Shown here in pieces: positions 1 to 13,969 of a DNA stretch of 64,000 bases. Where the stretch lies: positions 11,408,001-11,472,000 of the forward strand of contig NC_043008.1 of NCBI RefSeq assembly GCF_006345805.1. The letters run 5' to 3'. The notes below the pieces were generated by a model, which made no database searches, had not been told where the DNA came from, and was given only the letters and a program-made list of their open reading frames with translations. Each line of letters opens with the position of its first letter. Position 1 is the stretch's first letter. The translations under genes were made by a program, and so were the position numbers. This DNA comes from Octopus sinensis. Taxonomy: Eukaryota.

Positions 1-732
1 ACGGATATATGTATACATATACACATGCATAGACGCAAAAGCACATACACACTCTCACACACGCATACACAGAGATATTTGCATTTATATATACATATGC
101 ATACATATACATATATAAAAACAGGCTGTGTATTCTTACATATTATGAATATTCTTTTCCACCTAAAAAAAACAAGTTATCATTTCTCTGCAATTACTTA
201 TTAAAGAAAACTACTTTTGCGTGGACTTTAGTTATATATGCACCATCGGATATGAAGCCTTGGAACGATAGAAAATATTCATATGTGTACCGAGATGGAT
301 AAAACGAATTCGTTAGCCTATTTTCTCCAAGAGTCATTACACTTTTGCACGGGATATTGGTCTCCTCCGTCAGAAAGCGGCACTGTATAAATAAATCAAA
401 AAGAAGCAGAAGCTTTTGAATAAAACAAATTGGAAACAGATTTATGAAATATGTGCATAAACCACGAAGAAGTAGATAGAGATGAATAGCAAGAGAGTGT
501 GCTTTGAACTGGGGAAAGACAACTGAATGTCAGTCAGTGTGATTGGGAACACTAAAAACAATACCTGATAAACAGAAAAGGATGAATATGAAGATCGGGA
601 ACGAAAAGAGCTATAGGTATGTGAGGTGGAGAGAAGCAGATACGGATGCATTGAAACAGAGAAAGTAAAAGACAAGATGAGACTGAAGTGTTTTTAGTGA
701 GAGTGAGAGAAATAAACACAAACATACATGGA

Positions 733-946
733 TGTGTGTACTGCGTGTGTACCGTTGGCGATTTTTTTCCTCCGTCTTCCCTTCTTTGGATCTTTCTTTC
801 TCCTATGTTTCCGACGAAGAGCTCCGCTCCAAACGTTAAATATTCCTTCCTTCTTTCCTTCTTTCCTGAGCGTCCAATAACACTATACTTGTTCCAAGTC
901 CTCGCGTTGTTGTGCTTTCTCTTTGTGTTTTCATGTTTGGATTAAC
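733..946 (+). mobile_element. Short non-coding hammerhead-bearing repeat, subfamily H1 (PLE terminal-repeat-like or retrozyme-like)
   Basis: Homologous to the reverse complement of 41536-41752 (shared gcgtgtgtaccgttggc...cctcgcgttgttgtg...catgtttggattaact). The 3' end abuts (TA)n. Confidence 0.75.
807..841 (+). ncRNA. Degenerate minimal hammerhead ribozyme motif
   Basis: GUUU-CCGACGA-A-GAGC(UCC)GCUC-CAAAC-GUU-AAAU. U4>C and G12>C relative to the CUGANGA/GAAA core, so this copy is probably inactive. Confidence 0.55.
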
Positions 947-1000
947 TATATATATATAAATATATATATATACATATATATGTGTGTGTGTGTGTGTGTG

Positions 1001-1031
<31 letters not shown>

Positions 1032-1039
1032 TGTGTGTG

Positions 1040-1076
1040 TGGCTCAGTGGTTAGAGCGTCGAGCTTACGATTCTTG
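1040..1076 (+). mobile_element. SINE tRNA-like head fragment
   Basis: ggctcagtggttagagcg resembles an A-box and the heads of SINE families C/E. The body is missing. Confidence 0.4.
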
Positions 1077-1601
1077 AGATGTATATATATATGTATATAT
1101 ATGTGTGTGTGTATTTACGCATACATATTCATACGCACATATCACACACAAATACGCATACACATACCTATAGATGTTATACATCCATATATCATAGATA
1201 TGTACGCAGATAGTTCATTAGCCGTCCATTTTCCATTCAATTTAACCAATGTTTCCCTGTTTTCCAGTTATATTTAGGTAAATGCTTACATAGCAACGGT
1301 AGCTACATTTAGATCATTTGTAGTATAAAGGGATCTCTGAAAGAAAAGAAATTGGCCTTTATCGAAAATGCAGTATCAGAGTGTCTGCGTGTGCTCTAGC
1401 ACCAAAATAAAGTTCATAAATTACAGAAATCAATTAAATATCCAATGGACAACGTGCTGCAATATATGTTTGACATTAATGCCTTTGTATAAACTTCATG
1501 TCTCAAATGAATTTAATACAGAGGAAAAAGGCGAGCATTTTAATCAAATTTTCAGAAGACAAACAATATGCATTTGAATTTCTTTCCGAATAACAACCTC
1601 T

Positions 1602-2011
1602 GGATCTTTTCGGTTTGAACGGCAATTTTTTTTTTTTTTTAGCGCTGTCATATGAAATTATCACCCATAATTATGACCCTCGTATCGATCTATTGCATTT
1701 CAATCTATTTTAGGGTTTGGGTTAGAGGTGGGGGGATCTTTTTTTCTTCACAAATGTAAATAAACTGAATCTGTTTCTTAAACGAGGGACATATTCATAC
1801 GCACAGAATTTTTTTTTTACCTCAATAGAAAGTCACTGATTGGTTGAAATTGCAAAAATTGAAGATAAATATCTTACAAACTATAGAATTTTCTCAATAA
1901 AGCCAAGAGCAAAAGATGTTTTATAAACACATTTTACCAACATACGAAGTTTAAAATTTTTTAGTTACCTATAAATTATGTTAAAAACTGACGTTCAAAC
2001 CGAAAATATCC
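1602..2011. mobile_element. MITE with ~29-bp TIRs and 8-bp TSD (Merlin-like or hAT-like)
   Basis: Left end ggatcttttcggtttgaacggcaattttt matches the reverse complement of the right end (ggatattttcggtttgaacgtcagttttt). caacctct is duplicated at 1594-1601 and 2012-2019. Confidence 0.8.
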
Positions 2012-2353
2012 CAACCTCTGAAGAACTGCTGTAAAACTGCAATTAGTGTATAGATTATCTCCGTTTGAATGCACTCTTAGTCAACGTAGTTACTGTTGCT
2101 ATGCGAAACATTAACCTGAACGTTGCTGTAAAACATGAAAGTACCTGTAGTGATACGAAAATCTAAATTAATGAGTGAAAATGCGTTTATGTTGGAATTT
2201 TATTGACTTATCTATAGGAATGTGTATGTATGCCAGTGTGAGTGTATGTGTGTGTGCGTGTGTGCGTGTGTGTGCCTATGAGTGGTCGTGAATGATTGTG
2301 ATTACTTACATTTCTCGCCTCCTTCGTACATAAAACACACATATATAGATATG

Positions 2354-2387
<34 letters not shown>

Positions 2388-2436
2388 ATATATATACATA
2401 CATATATATATATATTATATATATATATATAAATAA

Positions 2437-2479
<43 letters not shown>

Positions 2480-4299
2480 ATATATATATATATATATGTA
2501 TATAAATATATATATATATATATATATAATATATATATATATATGTATATACATACAAATTATATTCATGTACGCCCACACTCACCTTTATTACTTGTAA
2601 TATTTGCTTTCTGTCTCATCAAAGCTCTTCAATGAGGCATGTTAGATTTAGCCGACCGAAACCGATAGCGATAATTATGACTTCGCTTAACTCCGAAAAT
2701 ATGAGCGTATGACACTGTAACCGCGTACATAATACGAAAACTGTGGGTTTCTGATTAGAGACAATATGGTCCACCATATATTTGTACACTTTGTATTAGT
2801 TTGTTTCTATGAAGCTTTTGTTTTTCGTTTTTCATATCTTACTGTTAATTGTATGTAACCCATTTGATAGTTCAATTCCCAAATGATCTATCAACAATAA
2901 GGTTTGTATTAAAGTCTGTGAGTTATTATTAATGTCACATTAATTGCAAAGTGGCAACGTGTATATGCATATGTATGTATATATATATATATACACACAC
3001 ATATATATATATATCTATGTATGATTGTATGTATGTGTATATATATGTATGTATGCTTGTATATATATATATATATGTATGCTTGTATGTATATATATGT
3101 ATATATATATCCATATATATATATATATATATATGCTTGTATGTATATATATATATATCTTTATATATATATTTATGTATATATTTATATATATATACAT
3201 ACATACATACATACCTGAATATATATACATATATGTATGCATATATATGTGTGTGTGTGAGTCTATAGGTATGTATGTGTGTGGGTTTGTTTATGCAACA
3301 GCAGCGTACAATGCACCGGCATCTCAGCTATATTTAATAACGGTTTTATGTCTATGTTAATACAATGGACATTACATCGCTATACTTATTAAGACCCATG
3401 GGTGAAAAGTGATGGGAAACTAAACATTCGATTTATTCCTATATCAACATATTGTGCTCAATAAAGCGGAAGAGACAGAGATAGTTGTATGGACAGCCTA
3501 CTCATAATGGACTTCATTTGAACAGAAACAGTGATTTTATTTCATGTGTTATAGAGAAGATTTCAGCGTTGTGTTATAGTTTACCAATGTATCAAAGAAG
3601 AAATTCTTACACAAGCGATCACAACGATAACTATATTAAATAATTTATATAATTGACGAAATTTGAGACTTCTGCGAGGTTGCAAACAAATACTGGACCA
3701 TAAAAATACCAATATTTCTTAAGAATTGACATAAAAAGCAATATCACAGAAGCCGATTGCTCGTATAAAAAAGCAACCAATAAACAAAATATGTAGAGGC
3801 CATATATACACTTACCTGAGCAAAATAGCCATTCTGGTAGACTATGATTTAAATAAAAATATATTTGAATAGCAATAGTGAGTTGAATGGGAGGGAAAAT
3901 TGTACAAATGTTGATGTTGGTGTTATATATTTTAAAAATCATTAATGATATTATTTGAGAAGTAGACGGTGTATCAAATGACAATATTTTTACTTCCTGG
4001 ACTTAAGCTTTTGAATACAGATTTCAAATGAAACATTTTCAAATATAGCGGATGCTTATTACTAGCAAGAACTTTGAAAGTAATCATAAAGAATTTGAAT
4101 TCCATTGAGGAAAGACTGTAATTCATAATTAAGTTTAGTTCGTATGTTAATTTTTGTTTCAACGAAAATTAATAACTTTTTTTATGTCCTCAATGTTCAA
4201 TCATACTTTCAACTTTTACCGACGCCTTCAAAAATGTATTTTGTTCATCACTGAAATACGAGGACAATAATTCTTACATATGTAATGATATATCACGCA

Positions 4300-5050
4300 A
4301 TCGTTTATTGGACATTCGCAATAAACCACAGAAATCCACTACTTTCAAAAACAAACATTGCAAAGCGTTTAGAGTGAAGCAAAACACACCGAATTGATCC
4401 CTAGAGCAGTGGAATAATGTCATTTTCTCTAATAAGTCATACTTTACCTTATTTCCGACCACCGGCCGAGTATACATGTGGAGGCAGCGAAAAGAAGCAT
4501 TTGTCCCAGACTGCATTCTTCCAACTGTTATACATGGAGGAGGATCTGTGGTGATCTAGGGTCTATATCTTGGAAATCCACCGATGCAATGGTTTCCATT
4601 CATGGCAGAATTAATAGCCAAGACTCTTTAAGCATTTTATCTGATCAAATGTATCCTATGGTTGCGAAACTTTTCCCGGAGGGAAACACAATATTTCAGG
4701 TTGATAATGCACCAATTCACGCAGCTAAAGTTGTTACTGAATGGCACAAGGAACATTCTAGTGACGTCCAACATCTTATCTGTCCACCACAATCCCCAGA
4801 TCTCAATATTATTAAATATTTATGGTGCATTGTAGAAAAAAAAGGAGTCGATATTCTCCACCATCACCACTGCAAGAACTGGAGACTGTTTTACTGTTTT
4901 ATCTGAAGAATTTACAAAAATTCCATTCGAAACAATTGAAACTTTGTACGAATCCATACCTCGTAAATACTGCCAAAGTCGGTCCTACGCCATATAAAAA
5001 TAAATTTCTTTGAAATTTTAAGGTGTTTCCATTATTTTGTCCAACCCCTG
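4300..5050 (+). pseudogene. Decayed Tc1-family transposase with 3' TIR
   Basis: Across frames: PLLSKTNIAKRLE*, WNNVIFSNKS (FSDES-like), GRVYMWR, PTVIHGGGSVVI*G, FQVDNAPIH, PPQSPDLNII. The end aaggtgtttccattattttgtccaacccctg is followed by TA. Stops and frameshifts are present and no 5' TIR was seen. Confidence 0.9.
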
Positions 5051-5687
5051 TATATTATTATTAATACCATTAATAACACAAAGAACTGGCAGAGTTCTTT
5101 GCACGACTGAACAATGCTCAGCGTCATTTCTTCCTGCAATACATTGAATTAAAATTCCAGTGCAGTCGACTGTGCCTTTCATTCATTCGGGATCTATTAT
5201 ACGTCTGTCATCGACCACAGGGGTCGATAGAAACAACTAGACCTCACATCATTAATTTCAGCTGTTCTACTTACAGTACTAAGGATTATTAATGTTACTG
5301 ATAATGCTGCGAGATGGAAGATTCCACGGACAAAATACTTAACGACACTTCTTCCGGTCCCTTGCATTCTGAGTTCAAGTTAAGAGTGACGTTTCCTTGC
5401 CGTGGGATACAATCAATTTAATACTTCTAGAAATCAGTTAAGTAATATTATAAGCTCTCTTGGCATTTGCACAATAACTGAGCACAATATTGTAACTATG
5501 ATTGTATTATTCAATTTCCCATTGGCAGTTCCAGCTTCGTGTTAGAATAAATGACACTAATCAGGTATTATTAGCGACTCAAGAGATGACTTGCTCTCCA
5601 ATGGTCCTACTACTAATAAAACAAGTTTTATATATGTATATATATGTGTGTGTATCGTGTGTATTTGTGTGTGTGTTGTGCGTGTGC

Positions 5688-5730
<43 letters not shown>

Positions 5731-5904
5731 CATATATATACATATATATATATATTATATATACAAATACATATATATATATATATGAATATATATATAC
5801 ATATATATTTACAATAGTAATCAAGACCAATTCTATTGGTGTTCTGTTGTTAAGCAACAACGATATAATTTACCTACGCATATAAATATTATTTTCTACT
5901 CTAG

Positions 5905-6105
5905 GCACAAGGTCCATAATTTTCCTGGAGGGTCCAGTCGATTAGATCGACCTCAGTACGCAACTGGTACTTAATTTATCAACCCCGAAATGATGAAAGG
6001 CAAAGTCAACCTCTGCGGAATTTGAACACAGAAGGTAATGACGGTAACATAACGCTAAGCATTTCGTCCATGGTGTTAACGATTCTGCTAATTAGACGCC
6101 TTTGC
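5905..6105 (-). mobile_element. SINE family A (diverged)
   Basis: Reverse complement carries the A-family head and body (gttcaaattccgc...gactttgcc...ggggttgataaattaagtaccagttgcgtactgaggtcgat). Confidence 0.75.
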
Positions 6106-6389
6106 GCTTAAAAATGTTACAATGTGAAATAAATCAAACTGGAACGCATCAAAACACTTTAATAAATTGTCCCATTATTCCTGCACTTCTAGCATTCGAC
6201 CTTGTGTTTTTAACATACTTATAGTCCTAAACACTGTTGTTTACCTGATATTCTGCATGATAAATGTTCGATACAATTAGAGCTGTCTTCATGGCTATCC
6301 ATGCTCAACATCATATTATACAACAACACCTAAATAAAATTAAGAATGAGTTTTATTGTCCAATAATTATTGTTGCTATGAGTTCAAAT

Positions 6390-6720
6390 TCGGTCCTTTT
6401 AGGGTCAATAAATTTAGTACCAGTGAAATACTGGGGTCGATGTAATTGATTTGCCTCCTCCTCCGAACTTCCTGGCTTTGTACCAAAAATTATTATTTAT
6501 TTGAAACCAATATTTGTTGTTGCTATTATTGTTTATTCTCAGAAATCGGTTTGCTGTCTGAATCGTTAGCGCGCCGGATAAAATGCGCGACGGCATTTCT
6601 TCCGGTCTTTCGTTCTTATATCAAAAGCTATCGTGATCGATCTTGTGCTTCATCCTTTCGGGGTTGCTAAAATAAAAAAAAATAGTTCAGCACAGGGGTC
6701 GATGTTTATTCTTGATCGAA
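6390..6720 (+). mobile_element. Two diverged SINE A fragments
   Basis: gggtcaataaatttagtaccagtgaaatactggggtcgatg at ~6400 and gaatcgttagcgcgccgg...ttcatcctttcggggttg at ~6560-6665. Confidence 0.55.
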
Positions 6721-7874
6721 AAACCCCGAACGAAGAAGAGTCTATGGTAAACATTTGTTATTTATAAAAGGAAATCTAGGTTTACACAGTCCAGTCAGTC
6801 AAAAGGATGGATTTCAAGGAGATTTGTCTATTATTTCATGCAAATCGACCACTTGAGGTGGAGGTCTCTTATGTTGTCAGCAGATGTAATATGTTAGGTT
6901 TCTCAGATTTTCTTCTTGTTTAAAAGCAAAGTGCTTTCTTTGAATGTAAATATCTATATTTTCATCAGGTTTTAGTCAAATAAATGAGCGTATATAGTAC
7001 TTTTTACTTTATTCCCCGTACATGGAACTACTTGATGAATTATATGTTATTACGGGTTTCTTTCCTAGATGTATTTTTTTATATTCACGAGTATTTGCAT
7101 TTCAATTCCTCCTAAGGAAGATTTTACAGTTTTTATGTAACCATCTCAAATCTGTGTATTATAAATATCGACAGAATAATTTTATATAACATAATGTCAT
7201 TATTGATTCACAGAAGAGTTTTCTTATAGATATTTACTACAGTATTGCGGACACAAAGATTGTGTGGTCTGGAAATGAGATCAATATAAAGACATTAATC
7301 TATATTACCTGTCAGTCACCACCCGATTATTTACTATCGATTTTGTTCAATTCAAGACAACAGAAAAATGGAAATTTTTTTATCAAGTCTGAATATACGT
7401 CCATCCACACATATACATCCGTAGCCATATAGTTAAATAATACAAATATTAGAAATTATGTTCCTATGCACATTAAAGCTACACGTTTAAAAACTAATAC
7501 GTAGGTACACTGTAAATATTAAACCTCAACATAACCGTTGATCTCTAAGGGAAACTGGATATAAAATAATGCAAAAGCTTCCTATTCCAAGCCAAGAATT
7601 CTTCATCTCCTATCAATTTATGATTGTCTTCAATGTTCAGCTGCGATCTGCATTTGTACAGTGTCCAAGTAACTCGGACATTGCTGTTGTTTCTGTATCA
7701 AGTGTTATGACCTGTTCAAAAACATTTGCTAGATTCACGATTGAAAATAACCATGCTAAATCGGGCTTTTCCCACCTTACGCCATAAATATATGCACGGC
7801 GATCGACAACATAGACTTCTAGCTTGTATGAATCTACTTGCTCTAGGGCATCTGTGTACCTGTCTTTCTGTGTG

Positions 7875-7876
<2 letters not shown>

Positions 7877-7948
<72 letters not shown>

Positions 7949-8047
7949 CATCTATCAATCTATTTATCTGTCTATCTGTCTCTGTATCTATCTAGCAATC
8001 CATCATCCATCTATCTATGTATCTGTCTATCTATCTGTATCTGTCTG

Positions 8048-8130
<83 letters not shown>

Positions 8131-8843
8131 GTCTATCTATCTATCTATCTGGAGACAAACACTTTCCTCTCTGGTCAATCTCTCATCAACTTCTTCAAGT
8201 ACCACTTGAAAAGGAAAGTGAGAGTAGAGAGGCAAGTTTTGTTAGTGAATGTTTTAAAAAAAGATGGGTGAATGTAGCAAGGATGGCACGTATGAATGAC
8301 GAAGCCACCTTGAGTATAATCCTATGAATCAAGAAATTGAAAACAGAGGGTTACCCACTTGCAAACAAATGTGGTAACATATAACAATATTGACCAAGGT
8401 TACCGTGGTCCTTTTCGTAGGCTTTTCTTCCCAGGGATAAACCTTACTTGCTTTCCCCTTTACACCACATATCATAACACTGTGATACACGATCCCTATT
8501 GATCGTTTTTTTTCGTCTTCCCCTTTTTTCCCCTTTTTTCTTCTTTTTTCATTTCTCTTTTCTTTTGTTCCTTTTTCTTTTCTTCCTTTTTTATTTTTAT
8601 TTTTTAATTTTATTTTTTTTGTTCTTTTCTTCCCTTTTACGATCCCTCTTGATCGAAAACCTACGCCACCCCTTTTTTGTTTCGTTTGTTTTTTGCTTTT
8701 TTCCTCCTCCAAAAGAAAAGCTCTACTTTGTAACTTGTCCCATCTGTGTGCAGCCCTGTGTGGCCAATAAAAAAACTTATCTATCTATCTATCTACATAC
8801 CTACCTACTTACCTACCTGTATATTTATCTACATATCTACATG

Positions 8844-8921
<78 letters not shown>

Positions 8922-8940
8922 AATCTATCTATCTATCTAT
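7877..8940. repeat. (TATC)n array interrupted by a Tx1-like insertion
   Basis: tatc runs at ~7877-8150 and ~8778-8940. Confidence 0.95.
8151..8777 (+). mobile_element. 5'-truncated Tx1/L1-clade LINE 3' end (ORF C-terminus plus 3' UTR)
   Basis: Reads [30 protein letters not shown], then a frameshift to [17 protein letters not shown]...LSIIL*, which I recognise as a Tx1-like ORF2 C-terminus. The UTR ends in AATAAA just before tatc. Confidence 0.6.
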
Positions 8941-10380
8941 TCTTAATCTCACATATATTATACGGTCGGTATACTAGTACAATTCGCTTGCATATATCCC
9001 TTTCTAACAAAAAAATAAAGTTCATTTCGAAAAATCAACAAGGAAAGTACAATAGAAGACCGAACGGCAACACTCACTTTTGTTAGAAGTCACGACTAGC
9101 CAACTGCATTTGTCTACGTAGTTCTGCTATAAAAGCCGGTGCCACCACAACGAACTTTTACCTGGACTCTAATCCTTACATATCCATTATTGCTTAGTTA
9201 TTTACGGTTGATGTAATTAACGCGTGTATAAACTCAGAACATCACAGAGACTTCTCTAGGAGCATGCCACTGATTTTCGAACAATATTCATATTCTGAGG
9301 ACATTAAATGGCGTTCGTCAAGAAACAAACAGCATATACACAATACAAAGCATTCTGGAGACTTTTACGCTCTGGCAAGTCTCAAAATTCTAAAACACCA
9401 AATCAAAATACTGAATAAATATGCAGAATTTTTTTCTTGATCTCGCATGTGGAAATAAATTCTGAAAACCCACAATGGCGGAAAACAAAAAATCACGATA
9501 AAAAATATTTTTCTATTAAAAATTCGTACCTTAATAATAGGAACAATTTGAGAATGACCTTTTCTCTTTATATACTATTATTCAAACTGTTTCTAATAAT
9601 TGCATAAGAATTAATTGAATAAATTGGATTATTTCCTCTCCATTAAATAGGTAGGTTGCACATATTCACAAGAGAAAAACATATCGGCTTTTTTTTTGTA
9701 TTTTAACACAGTAATCATTATAAAATGTTTCAACGAACGCATAGAATAACACATACATCACGCCCTCAATACAGACGCAAGACACAGACAAACATATATT
9801 CTAACAATATATCGCCACAACTGCTACAACTAATGAAAACACAAGTCTCTGAAACATCATCACAGCAGTATTTGTCTTTTTTTCCTATTCAAATAATATT
9901 TTGCACATTAATTAAGAATAGCATCTGAGTGACCTCTCCTAAAAAAAAGGCCTCGTGGGTTTTACTAGATAATTGCAAATAGAATAATTCAATAAATTGC
10001 ATTAATTTACTACGACAAAAATAGCTTATTTCATAAAAACCACCAAGGATAAATTTTACTTTTCTATTTTAATAAAATACTACAACCTAACGAGGGCGCT
10101 AAGGCGGCGATGCTAAATACTTAGAATATAAATGTGAACATAAACAGCAGATTGTCTGAAGCAGACACAAACATACTTATGGCGACACGAATAGAAAATA
10201 TAAAAAAAAACATACATAAATCGCAGATAATAAAAAACTCGGCTTACAAATCTTCTACAGAGGAAATGAAACGTTCACATATACACACACACATATATAC
10301 ACACTCACATACATATATATATATATATGTGAAGAATATATGTATATATATGTAATATATATATATATATGTGTATACTC

Positions 10381-10760
10381 TCTCTTTTACTCTTTTACTT
10401 GTTTCAGTCATTTAAACGCGGCCATGCTGGAGCACCGCCTTTAGTCGAGCAAATCGACCCCGGGACTTATTCTTTGTAAGCCCAGTACTTATTCTATCGA
10501 TCTCTTTTGCCGAACCGCTAGGTTACGGGGACGTAAACACACCAGCATCGGTTGTCAGACACACAAACACACACACATATATATATATACATATATACGA
10601 CAGGCTTCTTTCAGTTTCCGTCTACCAAATCCACTCACAAGGCATTGGTCGGCCCGGGGCTATAGCAGAAGACACTTGCCCAAGGTGCCACGCAGTGGGA
10701 CTGAACCCGGAACCATGTGGTTGGTTAGCAAGCTACTTACTACACAGCCACTCCTGCGCC
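10381..10760 (-). mobile_element. SINE family B, near full length
   Basis: The reverse complement has a tRNA-like head (gtggctgtgtagtaagtagc...gggttcagtcccactgcgtggcaccttgggcaag), an internal (TA/CA)n tract and the tail ggcggtgctccagcatggccgc...aagtaaaagagtaaaaga. Confidence 0.85.
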
Positions 10761-11694
10761 TATGTATATATATATATGATATAAATAATATATATATGCA
10801 TATATACATACGTATATTTGTATGTATATATAAATATATATATGTATGTATATATGTGTGTATATATGAATGTATATGTAAGTGTGCATATATATATGCA
10901 TTTTTACCTTCACACACACAAACACACACACACATGTACACATACACAGACGTCATAATTATTACAGGAGCGATATGTGAACTTATTCACGTTCCGTGCT
11001 CATATTCTTTAGATTTTGGATGTGGTTGCATGGCGTACAGTGCCCGATCCTTAAACTTTCGCATTCAGAATCATAGTGGTATGCCTTAAGGAAAACGAGA
11101 CCCCCTGTGACTTCGTAAAAGAAGAAAAAAAAGCAAGAATACTTTAGGAACAATTGTAACGGAACTGGGGATAATTCTGTTTGTAGAATGTTGGCTATGT
11201 CCCTGGGTTCCTATAGTTGCAGTTCGAAGAAGGAATGTTTGTTGGGGTACGTAAAATGACGTGTTTTATAGTAGGGCCGTATCTATAGAAAACTCGAAAG
11301 ATAAGTCTGTGGAAGACGTTCTTATACGTATGGCTGTCTGTGAGAAAACTCTTCCTCTTGCTTCGGAAATGTTGTAGATTTATCAAATACTCGCAGTCTT
11401 GGTGCGTATAACCGCAGACACACACTTAACCACTATTCTCCCTACCTCAGTTCAGTAGGTTGTGAAGGGTGTGTCTGCTGGAGAGCGTTAGGGCTGTACT
11501 CCTTTTTATCTAAGTAGAGATGAATAAGTTGAGAGAGAATATGTTTCTGACTGACACTTCGGACCTCCAAACACAAACGAGAGCAAATACGAATGTAAAT
11601 ATGTGTTTCTATCTGTCTACCTACACAAGCACGCACACACATACATGCACACACGCACACACATACATGCACACACGCACATACTCACACGCAC

Positions 11695-11769
<75 letters not shown>

Positions 11770-12684
11770 TGTGTTTGGCGAATGTGTGTGTATTAATTAT
11801 CATTTGCCCAGTTACCTTGCGATGCTACCCATCTATTCACCAACTCAAACTCATCGTTCTATACATACACATTCGAATATTTATGTTCACACCTGAGAGT
11901 GATAAAATTTTGGAATTAGCAAATAATCAAGTAATTTCACGGGTACCGAGTTTGCCAACATTTATAATTAACTCTTCAGCGATCTTGTACGTATGTTGCC
12001 AAATTTATAATACAATGTTCAGCTGAAAAGCAACATAGGCCTTAAAGATCTACGTTACATGGTTCCTGTTGAGTTAAGTTTTCTATAAATCACTGGTTAC
12101 GATTAAATATAACCCACTTACTACTTTCTATTTTTATGTTATATTTCATATTAACTTTCTGGCAATATTCAATGGAATTTGGAATTCTCATATAGTAATT
12201 TTATATTTGATCTAAAACTTTGTATGTATAAATATCGATTTCTAAGGCTTATAGTCTTTATCTGTATTATATAATGAATTGTAGAAACCACCAAATTCTA
12301 GTAGTGGTTGATTTCGTTAGATTTTAAACATTTGTTTTATATTATTTTAAGATGGTTAATATCCATTTGTTTCCGATTCAGAATCTTCTGGCTTATTTGC
12401 AATTGTGATTTGCAGGAATTACATTTTATTCAGGAATTCATATAGGATACAATCGTACTTAATTGCTGTAAATTATCATGGAATTATATTATAACGGAGT
12501 ACCGAAAATTCTTTAATTCTTTCGATTTCAGAAATATTTAAAATAGTGCTGAAACAGAATGTGCATTCATGACTTACTCCGAAAATGGTTTAGAAGACGT
12601 GATGTATAATATATTAATAATTAGGTACAAACAATGAAATTACTATTAACATATTCAAATGAAGTATATTCTTGTGTATATATG

Positions 12685-13207
12685 CCGTAAATCCTCGAGT
12701 ATAGTCCGCCCTTGAGTATAATACGCAGGGGATGTTTAGGGGGCTGTTCCTCTGAAAAAACCTAAATCTTGTGTATAATGCGCACCCCTTCTCTAACATG
12801 AGTAGTGCGTAATTAAGTCAGCAGCACCTAGTCGAACAAGCATTTCCGCGCATGCGTAATACAATAATGGTGATGTTCTTAAATGTTATATGGGAATGTA
12901 CATATGTTTGCAAATTGTTTTTGTTACATGTTATTCTGCGTTCTGAATACTTTCATTTTAATAAATGTTGTTTACTGCAAGTTATGGGTGATTCTTTTAT
13001 GACTTCATTGCTTTCAGGCTTACCTCAAGGTATCTTCACACCCGACATCATAAAATACGTCTGAATAAACATTGGAGGACAGCAAATAGAGACTCGGACA
13101 TTGCTTAGAAAATATTTTTCATTTTTAACCTCGTATATAGTACGCACTAGGGATTTTGACCTTTAACTTTTTGGGGAAAAATTCGGATTATACTCAATAA
13201 TTCACGG
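12685..13207. mobile_element. Non-autonomous Tc1/mariner (pogo-like) element
   Basis: Left end ccgtaaatcctcgagtatagtccg is similar to the reverse complement of the right end (ccgtgaattattgagtataatccg). TA follows the right end. Confidence 0.6.
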
Positions 13208-13744
13208 TACACTGGATAAGCCAAATTGTTTCTATAATGGACAAAATGTCATTGAAGAATCTTGTATATCTCGATGAGTAAATTTAAAGTACTTTGGACA
13301 GCAGCTGTACTTTTCAATTTACTGTGGTGGGTTAAATAAATGCTAATGTGACAACTGGTTCTTTTGCTTTTTCTGTTAGTTTTCACAAAATGATTGACCA
13401 TGTAAAGAGTTAACAAATAATTAATGTGTTAATTGATGAGATGCATCGCTTAAACATTAAGCAATTAATTACTGACAGAATCACGTGAGGCAATACATTA
13501 ATTCATATGTATTTTCAGCACAATGTATTTTAAAATACTGAAACCTTTTAATCTGGTCAGATATAATAATGGAATAATATTTCAACATATTTTCTCTGTA
13601 GTACTTCTTGAATTTCACAATCTAGTAATGGTGCATTAACGTTCAATATTGAATCAAGCATATGCTCACACATTTATATACACTCAAAGCCCAGCATGTG
13701 AGCGTATATATGTGGTTTCTATATACACACACAATGACCCACAC

Positions 13745-13789
<45 letters not shown>

Positions 13790-13896
13790 TATATATATAT
13801 ACGGTCTCTCCCTCCGTCTGTCAGCCTCTCTGTCTTTCCCTCTCTGTATATGTACATATATATGTATACCATATATGTATACAATCATACATACAT

Positions 13897-13969
<73 letters not shown>

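Noticed and set aside
8635-8660. gatc-cctctt-gatc-gaaa as a third hammerhead type
   Set aside because: No CUGANGA upstream in either copy. Kept only as a hairpin.
9128-9135. TATA box (tataaaag)
   Set aside because: Expected by chance in AT-rich DNA, and no downstream gene was found.
11156-11580. Possible solo LTR starting tgtaacgg
   Set aside because: No matching end, TSD or second copy.
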